Source: Squalus acanthias
Taxonomy: Eukaryota
Length of the DNA stretch: 64,000 nucleotides
Reading direction: 5' to 3'
NCBI GenBank assembly: GCA_030390025.1
Contig: CM059433.1
Span: 29,762,001 to 29,826,000, forward strand
Positions 12,718-23,840 of the stretch are shown here, piece after piece; position 1 is the first letter of the stretch; each line of letters begins with the position of its first letter. Below the pieces are notes generated by a model, which was not told where the DNA came from, searched no databases, and worked only from the letters and a program-made list of their open reading frames with translations. The translations under genes and the position numbers were made by a program.

Positions 12718-13812
12718 TGATACAGCATAGAAGGAGGCCATTCGGCCCATCGTGCCTGTGCCGGCTCTTTGAAAGATCTGTCCAATTAATCCCACTCCCC
12801 TGCTCTTTCCCCATAGCCCTGTAACTTTTTTCCCTTCAAGAATTTATCCAAGTCCCTTTTGAAAGTTACTACTGAATCTGCTTCCACCGTCCTTTCAGGC
12901 AGTGCATTCCAGATCATAAGAACTCGCTGTGTCAAAAAATGTTTCCTCATGTTGCCTCTGGTTCTTTTGCCAATCACTTTAAATCTGTATCATCTCGTTA
13001 TCGACCCTTCTACCACTGGAAACAATCTCTCCTTATTTACTCTATCAAAACCATTCATGATATTGAGCACCTCTATCAAATCTCCTCTTAATCTTCTCTG
13101 CTCTAAGGAGAAAAACCCCAGCTTCTCCAGTGTCTCCACATAACTGAAGTCTCTCATTCCTGGTATCATTCTAATAAATCTCTTCTGCACCCTCTTTAAG
13201 GCCTTGACATCCTTTCTAAAGTGTGGTGCCCAAAATTGAACATAATACTCCAGCTGAGGCCTAGCCAGTGTTTTATAAAGGTTTAGCATAACTTCCTTGT
13301 TTTTGTACTCTATTCCTCTATTAATAAAGCCAAGGATCCCATATGCTTTTTTAACAGCCTTCTCAACTTGTATTGCCACCTTCAAAGGTTTGTGTATACA
13401 CACCCCCAGGTCTCTCTGTTACTGCACTCCTCATTCTTCCTACCAAAATGCATCACTTCACACTTCTCTGCGTTAAATTTAATCTGCCATGTGTCGGCCC
13501 ATTCCACCAGCCTGTCTATGTCCTCCTGAAGTCTGTTACTATCCTCTTCATTGTTAACTACATTTCTGACTTTAGTATCATCTGCAAATTTTGAAATTAT
13601 TCCCTGTATCCTCAAGTCCAGGTCATTAACATATATCAAAAAGTGCAGTGGTCCTAATACCGACCCCTGGGGAACACCACTGTGTACTTCCCTCCAGTCT
13701 GAAAAACAACTGTTCACCACTACTCTCTGCTTTCTGTCCCTTAGCCAATTTTGTATCCACACTGCCACTGCCCCTTTAATCTCATGGGCTTTAATTTTGC
13801 TAACAAGCTTGT
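12718..13812 (-). mobile_element. CR1 LINE 3' portion
   Basis: ORFs with GVPQGSVLGP, FADDTK and QFWAPHFRKD; CR1 3' tail. Confidence 0.92.
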
Positions 13813-14214
13813 TCCTCCACTTTTCACAATTTTAACCCCCCACACGCCTCCAAACCCACCTCCACGGGTCAATGAAAATCCAGCCCTCTGTCTCCGATGC
13901 ATCTGTACTGACAATGCTATCTTCCATACCAGTGCTTCCGATATGTCTTCCTTTTCCCTCAATCAAGGATTCCCCTCCACTGTGGTTGACATGGCCCTCA
14001 ACCGTGTCTGTCCCAGTTCCCACACGTCTACTCTCACCTCTTGCCCTCCCTCCCAAAACCAGGAATAGGGTTCCCCTTGTCCTCACGTTCCACCCCACCA
14101 GCCTTCACATTCAATGGATCATCCTCCGCCATTTCTGCCACCTCCAGCATGATGCCACCACAAAACACATCTTTCCCTCCCTTTCCCTTCCCTTTCAGCA
14201 TTCTGTAGTGACCA

Positions 14215-15512
14215 TATATGTGCACAAATCATTGAAGGTGGCAGAGCAGGTTGAGAAAGCAGTTAAAAAAGCTTATGGGATCCTGGGCTTCATGAATAGA
14301 GGCATAGAGTACAAAAGCATAGAAATTATGATGAACCTGTATAAAACACTGGTTTGGCCTCAACTGGAGTATTATGTCCAATTCTGGGCACCGCACTTCA
14401 GGAAGGATGTGAAGGCATTAGAGAGGGTGCAGAAAAGATTTACGAGAATGATTCCAGGGATGAGGGACTTCAGTTACATGGATAGACTGGAGAAGCTGGG
14501 GTTGTTCTCCTTAGAGCAGAGAAGGTTGAGAGGAGATTTGATAGAGGTGTTCAAAATCATAAGGGGTCTGGACAGAGTAGATAGAGAGAAACTGTTCGCA
14601 TTGACAGAAGTGTCGCGAACCAGAGGACACAGATTTAAGGTGATTGGCAAAAGAACCAAAGGCGACTTAAGAAAAACCTTTTTTACACAACAAGTGGTTA
14701 GGATCTGGAATGTACTGCCTGAAAGGATGGTGGAGGCAGACTCAATCATGGCTTTGTGGAAGTGTATTTTTAGTTGGATACAAAATGGCTTCTTGGACAC
14801 AAAATGGCTTCCTAAGACACAGAATATAAAATCTAAAATGGCCTACACAATGTCTGTTAGAAAGATTAGCCAATTGTTTATAGTTTCAACCTAATGAAGG
14901 AATTTCAGTTTGTAGACTGTTTTAATTGCCCCCAATAAATAACTTAGGGTTGTAGATCAAAGAAGTCTCCAAGGCTATGGCGTGAATCACTATCTCCCTT
15001 GAATTCTAGATGGTGTGGTGGGAGAAATCACACGTCCCCCTTTTGAAGGGATTTCTGCTGTTTTAAATCTTTATGACCTTTAGAAAGTCCTTTCATGTAC
15101 AGTATACACAAATACTCTTTTAACTTGTTTTATAGGCACTATGCTGTCAATTAATGATTTATTACCATGTCATGTGATATAGGAAGCTTGTATTTTTTTT
15201 TGTGTATAAATTTCGAGCAGTTTTTGTATTTGCAGGGTGTCATCATAGCCGGATTTGACTATGGTTGCATCCTCCTTGCAGCAAGTAAAATAATAAACCT
15301 TCCTTTGACGATACTTTATGTTTAAAGAGTCTTACTCGGAAGTTGAAACTTCGACAGCTTTCAAAAGGGAGTTGGATAAGTACCTGAAAGGAAAAAAATT
15401 GTAGGGCTACGGGGAAAGGGCGGGGGTATGGGACTAGCTGAGGTGCTCTTGCAGAGAGCTGGCACGGGCTCAACGGGCCGAATGGCCTTCTTCCATGCTG
15501 TAACCATTCTAT
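14215..15512 (+). mobile_element. CR1 LINE 3' portion interrupted by a solo LTR
   Basis: QFWAPHFRKD..LFSLEQRRLRGDLIE; resumes at 15361 with the CR1 tail ATTCTATG. Confidence 0.9.
14755..15356 (+). mobile_element. Solo LTR (602 bp)
   Basis: TGTGGAAG...CTTCGACA termini, 4-bp TSD GCTT within the CR1, TATAAA ~15205, AATAAA ~15292, repeated CAAAATGGC. Confidence 0.85.
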
Positions 15513-16452
15513 GATTCCCTCGGTGACACCCTTGTCCACTCCTCATTCACCCCTAACAGCCTTTCCCCTTCCTATAGCACCTTCCCGTGCAAGTGCAGGA
15601 GATGCAACACCTGCCCTTTTACCTCCTCCCTTCCCACCGTCCAGGACCCCAAACACTCTTTCCAGGTAAAACAGCGATTTACTTGTACTTCTTTCAATTT
15701 AGTATACTGTATTCACTGCTCATGATGCTCACTGCTACATTGGGGAGACCAAACGCAGACTGTGTGATCGCTTTGCGGAACACCTCCATTCAGTCCTCAA
15801 GCGTGAGCCCGAGCTTCCAGTTGATTGTCATTTTAATTTTCTGTCCCCACTCCCACTCTGACTTCTCTGTCCTCGGCCTCCTACACTGTTCCAATGAAGC
15901 TCAATGGAAGCTCGAAGAACAGCACCTTATTTTTTGATGAGGCACTTTACAGCCTTCCTGACTCAACAATTTCAGATCATAACTACTGCTCCCTTTTTTA
16001 CCCCAGACAGCAGGTGCTGGTAATGGTTCTGCTGTTGTCCTCTGGATCCATCTTTTGTTTCCTTACTTGTCCCATTACCACCCCCTTTTACCTTGCACCA
16101 TCATCCCTTTCGTCATCTAATCTCTCCTGCCTTCCACCCGATCACAGACCTTCCCTTTTCTTCCTTCCTCCCCTCCCCGCTTTCCATGCCTCTGTACTTG
16201 CTAAAAACCTGTTACATGTCTAACTTTTTCCAGTTCTGATGGAATATCATCAATATGAAACGTTAACCGTTTCACTCTCCACAGGTGCTACCTGACCTGC
16301 TGAGTGTGTCCAGCATTTTCTGTTTTTATTTATAATTTCCAGCATCCGCAGTATTTTGCTTTTCTATCATATTCCTTCTCTTTTCAAGAGACCCAGGATA
16401 GCCAACCATCCCTCGTATATCATTCTTGTGGTTTATCTCCATGTTAAAAAAG

Positions 16453-16559
16453 GTGCAGGAAGTGATGATGAGGAGAGTGTCCGAGATAAGATATTCTATT
16501 CAACGCACATGGAATTCAGGGAAAATAAATTGCGAGCCTGTGTTTGGCATTATGAATAT
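16453..16559 (+). CDS. Candidate exon (AGSDDEESVRDKIFYSTHMEFRENKLRACVWHYEY, or an alternative open frame)
   Basis: Consensus donor |gtaagt, weak acceptor, two open frames, unique sequence. Confidence 0.3.
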
Positions 16560-16839
16560 GTAAGTCAGTTAATGAGCCATGACTAATGAGCTACACCGAT
16601 TGAAGCTAAAGATGTCAGTGTTAGAAGTTGTTACCGATCTCAAAGTTAGCACACGAAGTGTCACCCAAATTGCCCGACTTTAGACACCATAATTAACATT
16701 CTTTATTGCTTTCAAATTTTGAACGCTCTTTTTCTGAAGTTGGGGTATGGTTCACCTGGAAGTGGCAGCCCCGCTCATACCACAGCCAAGTGGCCAACCT
16801 TCATAGATCGAGCCCAGGTGGTGAGTGTCGGCAGGCTCG

Positions 16840-17295
16840 TTGATCAGTGAGGGCATTGGAGCCAAGCCCTATTTTTTCCTCACTTGGCATCCATTTGTGT
16901 GCATACGTTCACACGTGCACACACATGCAGATATGCACATTCTCACGCACACGCACACACACGCACACACACAGCGGCCCTGGAGGAGCAGTAAAAGCAG
17001 CAGCCCACAAAAAATATTCAACATTTGCCTTTGGCTGGGCCTCTTCGGCGCCATTGCCTGTGAAACTGGTCGGCTGCCAGTTCCAACCTAAAATGGCAAT
17101 CGGGGTTCAACTTACGACTTAGGACCCCAATTAACAAGTTAAAAAGATCCTCTCACCTAAAACAGCCGAGCGCTTTAGACACCCGATGGTAGACCCCTTT
17201 CAAAATAGAGCCGGTTTTAATGGGGCGGAAAGGCTATCCAGCCCATTTCGAGGCCCTTACTGCCCCGTTAATGCCAAGCGAAAAAAATCAACCCC
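16840..17295. mobile_element. Harbinger-type MITE fragment, family C
   Basis: Homologous to 8800-9135; ends AAAATCAACCCC. Confidence 0.55.
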
Positions 17296-17522
17296 TTTTG
17301 AAGCTGATGACAAAATCTCCGAACTATCAATTCTGCAGAAAGAAAGGCAAAATCCTCAGGTTAGCGGAAACATCTTTTAAGCTTTGCCGCCCTGACTAAC
17401 AATTTCAGTGCTTCAGTAAGCCTGGCAAAAGTGTTAATATTTCATTGCCGTTTCACATTGACGTTAGATGAAGTAAAAAGCCTGATGCAGGCCCATTGTC
17501 TTACCACGTCATCGGGTTAATC

Positions 17523-17909
17523 TAGTGTTGCCAACTCTGGTTGGATATATCCCTGGAGGTTTCATCACATGACCTCCCACCTCCAACCATCCCTCCCGCA
17601 AGCTCCCGTCATTGGTCGCCCAACACATCCAAGCTCACGGTGCTCCGCCTTCCCACGGCCAATTGGAAAGCGAGCAGACTCTTCATTACCCGATTGGATG
17701 ATTCTTGACTGTCAATCAAATTACCTTCTTCCTATCTCCCATACCTTTATAACTAATAAACAAAATTGTTCATAGAAAATGAAAAACAACACGCAATTTC
17801 TTTTAATACGCCGAGAATTTTTCTCCCGGGTTGCTCGTAGCAGTGTCCTGGTGATTAATCTTTAATTCTTGAAGACTCCAGGCCAATCCTGGAGGGTTGG
17901 CAACCCCTA
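17523..17909. mobile_element. hAT-type MITE
   Basis: TIRs TAGTGTTGCCAAC/GTTGGCAACCCCTA; 8-bp TSD GGTTAATC/GGTTAACC. Confidence 0.8.
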
Positions 17910-18204
17910 GGTTAACCACATAAAACAGAAGACTAAGGCACAGATGCAGCAAAAAAGGTGAAGAAGAAAAAAAACTCAAGCCAAGCAGATCAATAAAGTG
18001 TCACTGAATTCCTTTTGTGTTTGCTACAGATTCTGTCAGAATAGCTGGCCAGAATTGATAGTATCGATTGACTCCATCACTTCAGTGTTAAGCTGCAGCC
18101 ATCGCACAGAATGAAGCCCAAATAATTGTTTCTTTTAAGCAGAAATTAATTTCATAATTTATCCAAAGTGTTGATCGGAAACTAGGAAGGGCAAGGCTTC
18201 AACA

Positions 18205-18955
18205 ACAGTAACAACTTGTATTTACATAGTGCCTTTAACGTAGTAAAACATTCCAAGGCAGTTCACAGGAGTATTATAAGACAAAAAATTTGACATTGAG
18301 CCCCATAAGGAGAAATTAGGGCAGATGACCAAAAGCTTGGTCAAAGAGGTAGGTTTTAAGGAGCGTCTTAAAGGAGGAAAGAGAGGTAGCGAGGCAGAGA
18401 GGATTAGGAAGGGAATTCCAGAGCTTAGGGCCTAAGCAACAGAAGGCACGGCCACCAATGATTGAGCGATTATAATCAGAGATGCTCAAGAGGCCAGAAT
18501 TTGAGAAGTGCAGATATCTCGAGCGGTTGTGGGCTGTAGGAGATTACTGAGATAGGATAGGGCGAGGCCATGGAGGGATTCGAAAACAGGGATGAGAATT
18601 CTGAAATCGAGGCTTTGCTTAACCGGGAGCCAAAGTAGGTCCGCGAGCACAGGGGTGATGGGTGAATGGAACTTGGTGCGAGTTAGGACATAGGCAGCCG
18701 AGTTTTGGATGACCTCAAGTTTACGTAGGGTAGAATGTGGGAGGCCAGCCAGGAGTGCATTGGAATAGTCAAGTCTAGAGGTAACAAAGGCATGGATGAG
18801 GGTTTCAGCAGCGGATGAGCTGAGGCAAGGGCGGAGACTGGCGATGATACGGAGGTGGAAATAGGCGGTCTTAGTTATGCCGCAGATATGTGGTCGGAAG
18901 CTCATTTCAGGGTCAAAAATGACACCAAGGTTGCGAACAGTGTGGTTCAGCCTCA
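18205..18955 (-). mobile_element. L2 LINE 3' portion
   Basis: VRNLGVIFD..LIHAFVTSRLDYSNALLAGLP, a typical L2 C-terminus; (TTG)-rich tail. Confidence 0.9.
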
Positions 18956-18982
18956 GATACTGTGGGGCCCACCAGACAATGA

Positions 18983-19435
18983 AGAAAGACTTGCATTTAT
19001 ATAGCATCTTTCATGACCTCAGGACGTCCCAAAGCGCTTCACAGCCAATGAAGTACTTTTGAAGTGTAGTCACTGTTCTGATGTAGAAAACGTGGCAGCC
19101 AATTTTAGCACAGCAAGCTTCCACAAACAGGACCAATATAGACAACCAGGTAATCTGTTTTATTTGTTGAGGTATAAATGTTGACCAGGACAGCAGGAGA
19201 ACTTCCCTGCTCTTCATCAAATAGTGTTTTTGAGTCTTTTACGGCCACTTGAGGGAGCAGATGGGGCCTTGGTTTAACGTCTCATCCAAAATACGGCACC
19301 TCTGACAGTTCAGCAGTCCCTCAGTACTGCACTGAAGTATCCATGTAGACTATGTGCTCAAGTCTCTGGAGTGGGGCTTTAAACCACAACCTACTGACTC
19401 AGAGGTGATAGAGCTTCCGCTGAGCCAAAGATGAC
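18983..19435 (-). mobile_element. DeuSINE (SacSINE1-like)
   Basis: Full head-to-tail match to the other copies. Confidence 0.8.
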
Positions 19436-19486
19436 TAGCTATTAACTATCCTTTACCTATTGTATAATAATGACACTTGTACCTGT

Positions 19487-20407
19487 TGTTGGGCATCCTG
19501 AAGAGTTAAATGTTGGGCATCTTGGAGAGTTAAGGATTAATAGTCAAACTTCCTTGTATCTTGGAACAACAGGCTTTCCAAGATAAACAAGATGGCTTTG
19601 AAGTGTCATGAGAGGATTGCATGGTTTGTCTTCTGATTTTAGTGTCTGAGTGTTATATACGAGAAATGCTTGTGCAAGCAAATAAGTGACAGTAATGACA
19701 TCAAGCATGAGTGATTAAATGTGAGAAGTCGCACACCACCAGGTTATAGTCCAACAGTTTTATTTGAAATCACAAGCTTTCGGAGCGCTGCTCCTTCGTC
19801 AGACTTCACCTGACAAAGGAGCAGCGCTCCGAAAGCTTGTGATTTCAAATAAAACTGTTGGACTATAACCTGGTGTTGTGCGACTTCTCACATTTGTCCA
19901 CCCCAGTCCAACACCAGCATCTCCACATCATGAGTGATTAAGGTGTAACTTTGATGGCTTGGGTAATAAGCATAGATAAAGGGATCTATTAACTATAGCA
20001 TAGAAAGGTAACGGTTAATAAAGCCGATACTTCAAAGGATTCAAGAACAGTTAAGTCAGGAAGGCTTGTTTGAAAGAAGTAGCTTTGAAGTAAACAACTA
20101 AAACGGTTCATGTAAATAGACCATTTTCAAAGGATTCAGGAACAGATACATTATGAAGTCTTATCTGTACCATGTACCTTTGATGTAGGCAAAATATGGT
20201 GGAAAAAGGAGCATAGTTTTCAACAGTTCTTCAGAGAGATCAAAGGATAGAGAAACCGAAAGCCACTCTCTATGTCGGGGTGGACCTATACTGGATATCA
20301 ATAAAGTCTATTCTGTATTATCCACCATCAAGTGTCTCATGCTTACTCAAAACGTGTCATTGTGAACCATAGCATGAAGGAGGTTGATTAACAGGAAAAC
20401 TTTAGCA
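19487..20407 (+). mobile_element. Solo LTR containing a mini-Penelope insertion
   Basis: TG...CA termini, 5-bp TSD CCTGT (19482-19486 / 20408-20412), AATAAA ~20300. Confidence 0.75.
19719..19928. mobile_element. Palindromic non-autonomous Penelope derivative with hammerhead motifs
   Basis: 86-bp inverted arms (19717-19802 / 19810-19895), a 3' extension shared with 22091-22125, and TSD CATGAGTGATTAA. Confidence 0.85.
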
Positions 20408-21072
20408 CCTGTAATGTATTGATAAGATTGCAAAGGCCAATATAATAGGATTTTCCACTGCTCAACAAGTTAGCCCATTAAGTAGCTGAGTCATACAGAA
20501 GAAGGGCCAAGTTTTGATTCCTGGTCTGTGCTGAGTGCAACAGGGGTGCTACAATTGGCCTCAACACCTTTGAACTTCACACGGAAAAATTGACCATAGT
20601 CCTGAATGCCATCCAGTGCTCGAAATGTGGGTGAGCACAAGATCCAATTTGACTTTGGTGCTTCCCATGGTGGATTAGACCACTGGCAGTCACTGTCAAG
20701 GACCATGTATGAACAATGGCCACTTAACCGAGGTACTAGTGGGTGACCAGTACTTAAGGAGTGGTTATCCCATTAGGGAGTCACTGCCTTCAGGAGAGAA
20801 GGAAAGGGGTGAAAATATAATGAGGGGAAAAAGAACATTCTGGATGTAAAGAAGCACTGGAGCCTGGAATCATGGGCACTATCTTGCTGGCCCTGGAGAG
20901 GCGGGTATGGAGGCGGGACTGCCAGGAAAATGGCAGAATCTGGGGTCGGGAATCCGCCCCCAACCCGCATCCGTGCCATCTTGCCAGGAGGCGGGTAGCT
21001 GACCCGCGCTGGGTCCCGTCTCCTTGGAGGTGGGAAGAGGATTAGTGCCACTTATCTGCCTGTTAACAGGTA

Positions 21073-22125
21073 AAAAATGAGAAGTTGCACAACACCAGGT
21101 TATAGTCCAACAGTTTTATTTAAAATTACGAGCTTTCGGAGCTGTTGCCCCTTCGTCAGGTAAAGGTACAATGAGGGAATCTATTACACAGTATATAAAC
21201 ACAGAAAGCAACTTGTCTGCAGAGATACAATCTTTCAGGGAGGCATTACATCAAAGACACACCAGAGCACAGCCAAGACAATGAGATGGGTCACAGGGGG
21301 TCCAACGTGTCAAATCCTGCCATCTGCAGTTGAGTTTCTTCTTTTGTGGTTTTTTTAAATTTAAAAACTGGAAAGACAGACAACGATGTCGAGTCACGTT
21401 CTGTAGCATGACATGAACCCGAGATCCCTATTGAGGCCGTCCTCATGGGTGCGGAACTTGGCTATCAGTTTCTGCTCGATGATTTTGCGTTGTCGTGTGT
21501 CTCAAAGGCCGCCTTGGAGAATGCTAACCCGCAGATCCGAGGCTGAATGTCCTTGACTGCTGAAGTGTTCCCCGACTGGGAGGTAACAATCCTGCCTGGC
21601 GATTGTTGCGCGGTGTCCGTTCATACGTTGTCTCAGTGTCTGCACGGTCTCGCCGATGTACCATGCTCCGGGGCATCCTTTCCTGCAATGTATCAGGTAG
21701 ACAACATTGGCCGAGTCACATGAGTATGTACCATGTACCTGGTGGGTAGTATCCTCACGTGTCCTCTTTCCAGTTTTTAAATTAAAAAAAACACAAAAAA
21801 AAAAATCCAAAAAAACCCCCCAAAAAAACTCAACTGCAGACGGCAGGATTTGACACGTTGGACCCCCTGTGACCCATCTCATTGTCTTGGCTGTGCTCTG
21901 GTGTGTCTTTGATGTAATGCCTCTCTGAAAGATTGTATCTCTGCAGACAAATTGCTTTCTGTGTTTATATACTGTGTAATAGATTCCCTCATTGTACCTT
22001 TACCTGACGAAGGGGCAACAGCTCCAAAAGCTCGTAATTTTAAATAAAACTGTTGGACTATAACCTGGTGTTGTGCGACTTCTCATTTTTGTCCACCCCA
22101 GTCCAACACCAGCATCTCCGCATCA
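21073..22125. mobile_element. Penelope-like element with inverted pLTRs flanking a GIY-YIG fragment
   Basis: ~300-bp inverted arms; minus-strand SCDSANVVYLIHC..WYIGET..LRQRMNGH; TSD TGTTAACAGGTA. Confidence 0.9.
21126..21163 (-). ncRNA. Minimal type I hammerhead ribozyme motif
   Basis: ttac-CTGACGA-a-GGGGC aaca GCTCC-GAA-AGCT-C-gtaa: core, stem I, stem II and a palindromic stem III. Confidence 0.75.
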
Positions 22126-23589
22126 TGTTAACAGGTAGTTAACAGGCAGATAAGAGGATTATCCCCATTTTACCCACACAAGTGCGGGCTTCCTGAAGGC
22201 TGCGAACCCCGCCAGGGTCACCGAGGCGAGCAATGGGTCTGCAGGGGTTGGAGGGGTGCAAAAGTGCGCTGTGAAGGTAAGTGATGGGTGCAAGTGTGGT
22301 GAGGTGAGTATGTGAGGTAAGTGGAAAGTGTTAGTAAAAGTTTACTTACCTTTGTTTCTTCCTGCAGGCTTCAAGAGTTGGGTATGCGAAGAGTCTCGCA
22401 GCTCCGCGTCAGAGATGACAGATGGCTACTGCATTCTCCAATGCAGCAACCATCTAATTTCTGCTAAATAAAGAGGTTTGATGAGTCTTGAATTCAAGTA
22501 CACATCAAACTACAGAGAATGTAAGTGTTTGACAGCTTCACAGAGCTGTCAAACGATGACAATTCATCTGTCAAAAATTTTTGACAGATGAAACGTCATA
22601 CGTTGATGTTCTCTGTAACCGGCTTTCCCTTAATGGGCCTGCTAAGCCCGCTGGGTGGGCTTAACAAGGTCAATCAAGGGAAAATAGCATGGGTTGGCCA
22701 GAAGTTGATGGAGGTTGGACTAAAATCCGACAAGTGGGAGTCCCGCCTCCAAAAGCTCCCCATTGACAAAATCCAGCCCCATGTATCACAATGATCTATT
22801 GTCAGAAGAGAAAGGTCTGAAAGCTAATAACAATGAGCCAGTAGTCTGCATAGTCAAGTAAAGTCCAACTGGAGCAACCACAAATCATCAAAAAATAAAG
22901 TAGGGCTCATAGTAGAATAATGTTGGAAATGTTAGTGTGTACGAGTGAATTTATCATTTTGTCATTTCAAGTTGTGTCTGGAGTTTTCCACTGTGAGATA
23001 GTCGATTAAATCCAATTATTTATTGCACGAGTCCCAAATGAGTTGTAATAGGCGATCATATTTCACCAAGTTTCAAATATTGGTGACCAAATCCAGGGGT
23101 ATAAAAGGTTCTTGAGAAGGTTATGCCCCAACAGAGTGACAGAGACACTTATACGAGTTGTTACTTATTTATGATGAACCACTTTCGACAAAAGAATGTG
23201 CTCTTTAGTGAATTAATAGAGCAATTTCTTTTTAATTAACTTTTTTTTGTAAGGATTGAATTCAATAAATTCAGAATAAACATCACCCAATCTGTTGCGT
23301 TACTATTGAAGATACTGCACTTTTAAATTCTTTGTCAGCAGAAATAAGCTACTGAATGAGAATAAATAATTAATGGCTTGATTTTAATTATGAATGGATT
23401 CATCTATCAGTTTGTTTTGTACACAGCAGTTAGTTAGCTTTCTGCTCTTTGTTTAAAAGACAGGAAACTTGGTTTTAAAAAATGATACTTCACCATCTGA
23501 GTGACTCTTCTTCCAACAATATACCTTCTGTCAGCAATTAACATTGCTTGAGACTTGCAGGCAGTTTTCTCTGCTTTCCCCAAAGCTTC

Positions 23590-23840
23590 TTTTAACTTCT
23601 TTACCCAGAGAGTGGTAAGAATGTGGAACTCGCTTCCGCGTGGAGTAGTTGAGGCGAATCGCATTGATGCATTTAAGGGGAAGCTAGATAAGTACATGAA
23701 GGAGAAAGGAATAGAAGGTTATGGTGATAGGGTTAGATGAAGAGGGGTGGGAGGAGGCTCGTGTGGAGCATAAACACCAGCATAGACCAGTTGGGCCGAA
23801 TGGCCTGCTTCTGTGCTGTAAATTCTATGAAATTCTATGA
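23590..23840 (+). mobile_element. CR1 3' end
   Basis: FFTQRVVRMWNSLP..FKGKLD; tail AATTCTATG x2. Confidence 0.9.

Larger units (their letters stand above)
13870..16345 (+). mobile_element. Penelope-like element (GIY-YIG region and pLTR) split by a CR1 insertion
   Basis: RVPLVLTFHP..KHIFP before 14214 continues at 15513 (TTCCCTCGGTGACACCC) into the GIY-YIG region. Degenerate hammerhead near 16232. Confidence 0.85.
20889..22780. mobile_element. Harbinger-type non-autonomous element hosting a Penelope insertion
   Basis: GGCGGG/CCCGCC subterminal repeats and the end motif AAAATCCAGCCCC. Confidence 0.6.

Noticed and set aside
12718..14750. Opposed CR1 copies as TIRs of one large element
   Set aside because: The arms are clearly diverged, and the + copy is an independent insertion into a Penelope element.
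13872..14894. 340-aa ORF as a gene
   Set aside because: Chance read-through of Penelope, CR1 and LTR fragments.
22369..22520. Exon-like segment with strong splice signals
   Set aside because: It lies inside a Harbinger-derived element, so the splice sites probably belong to the element.
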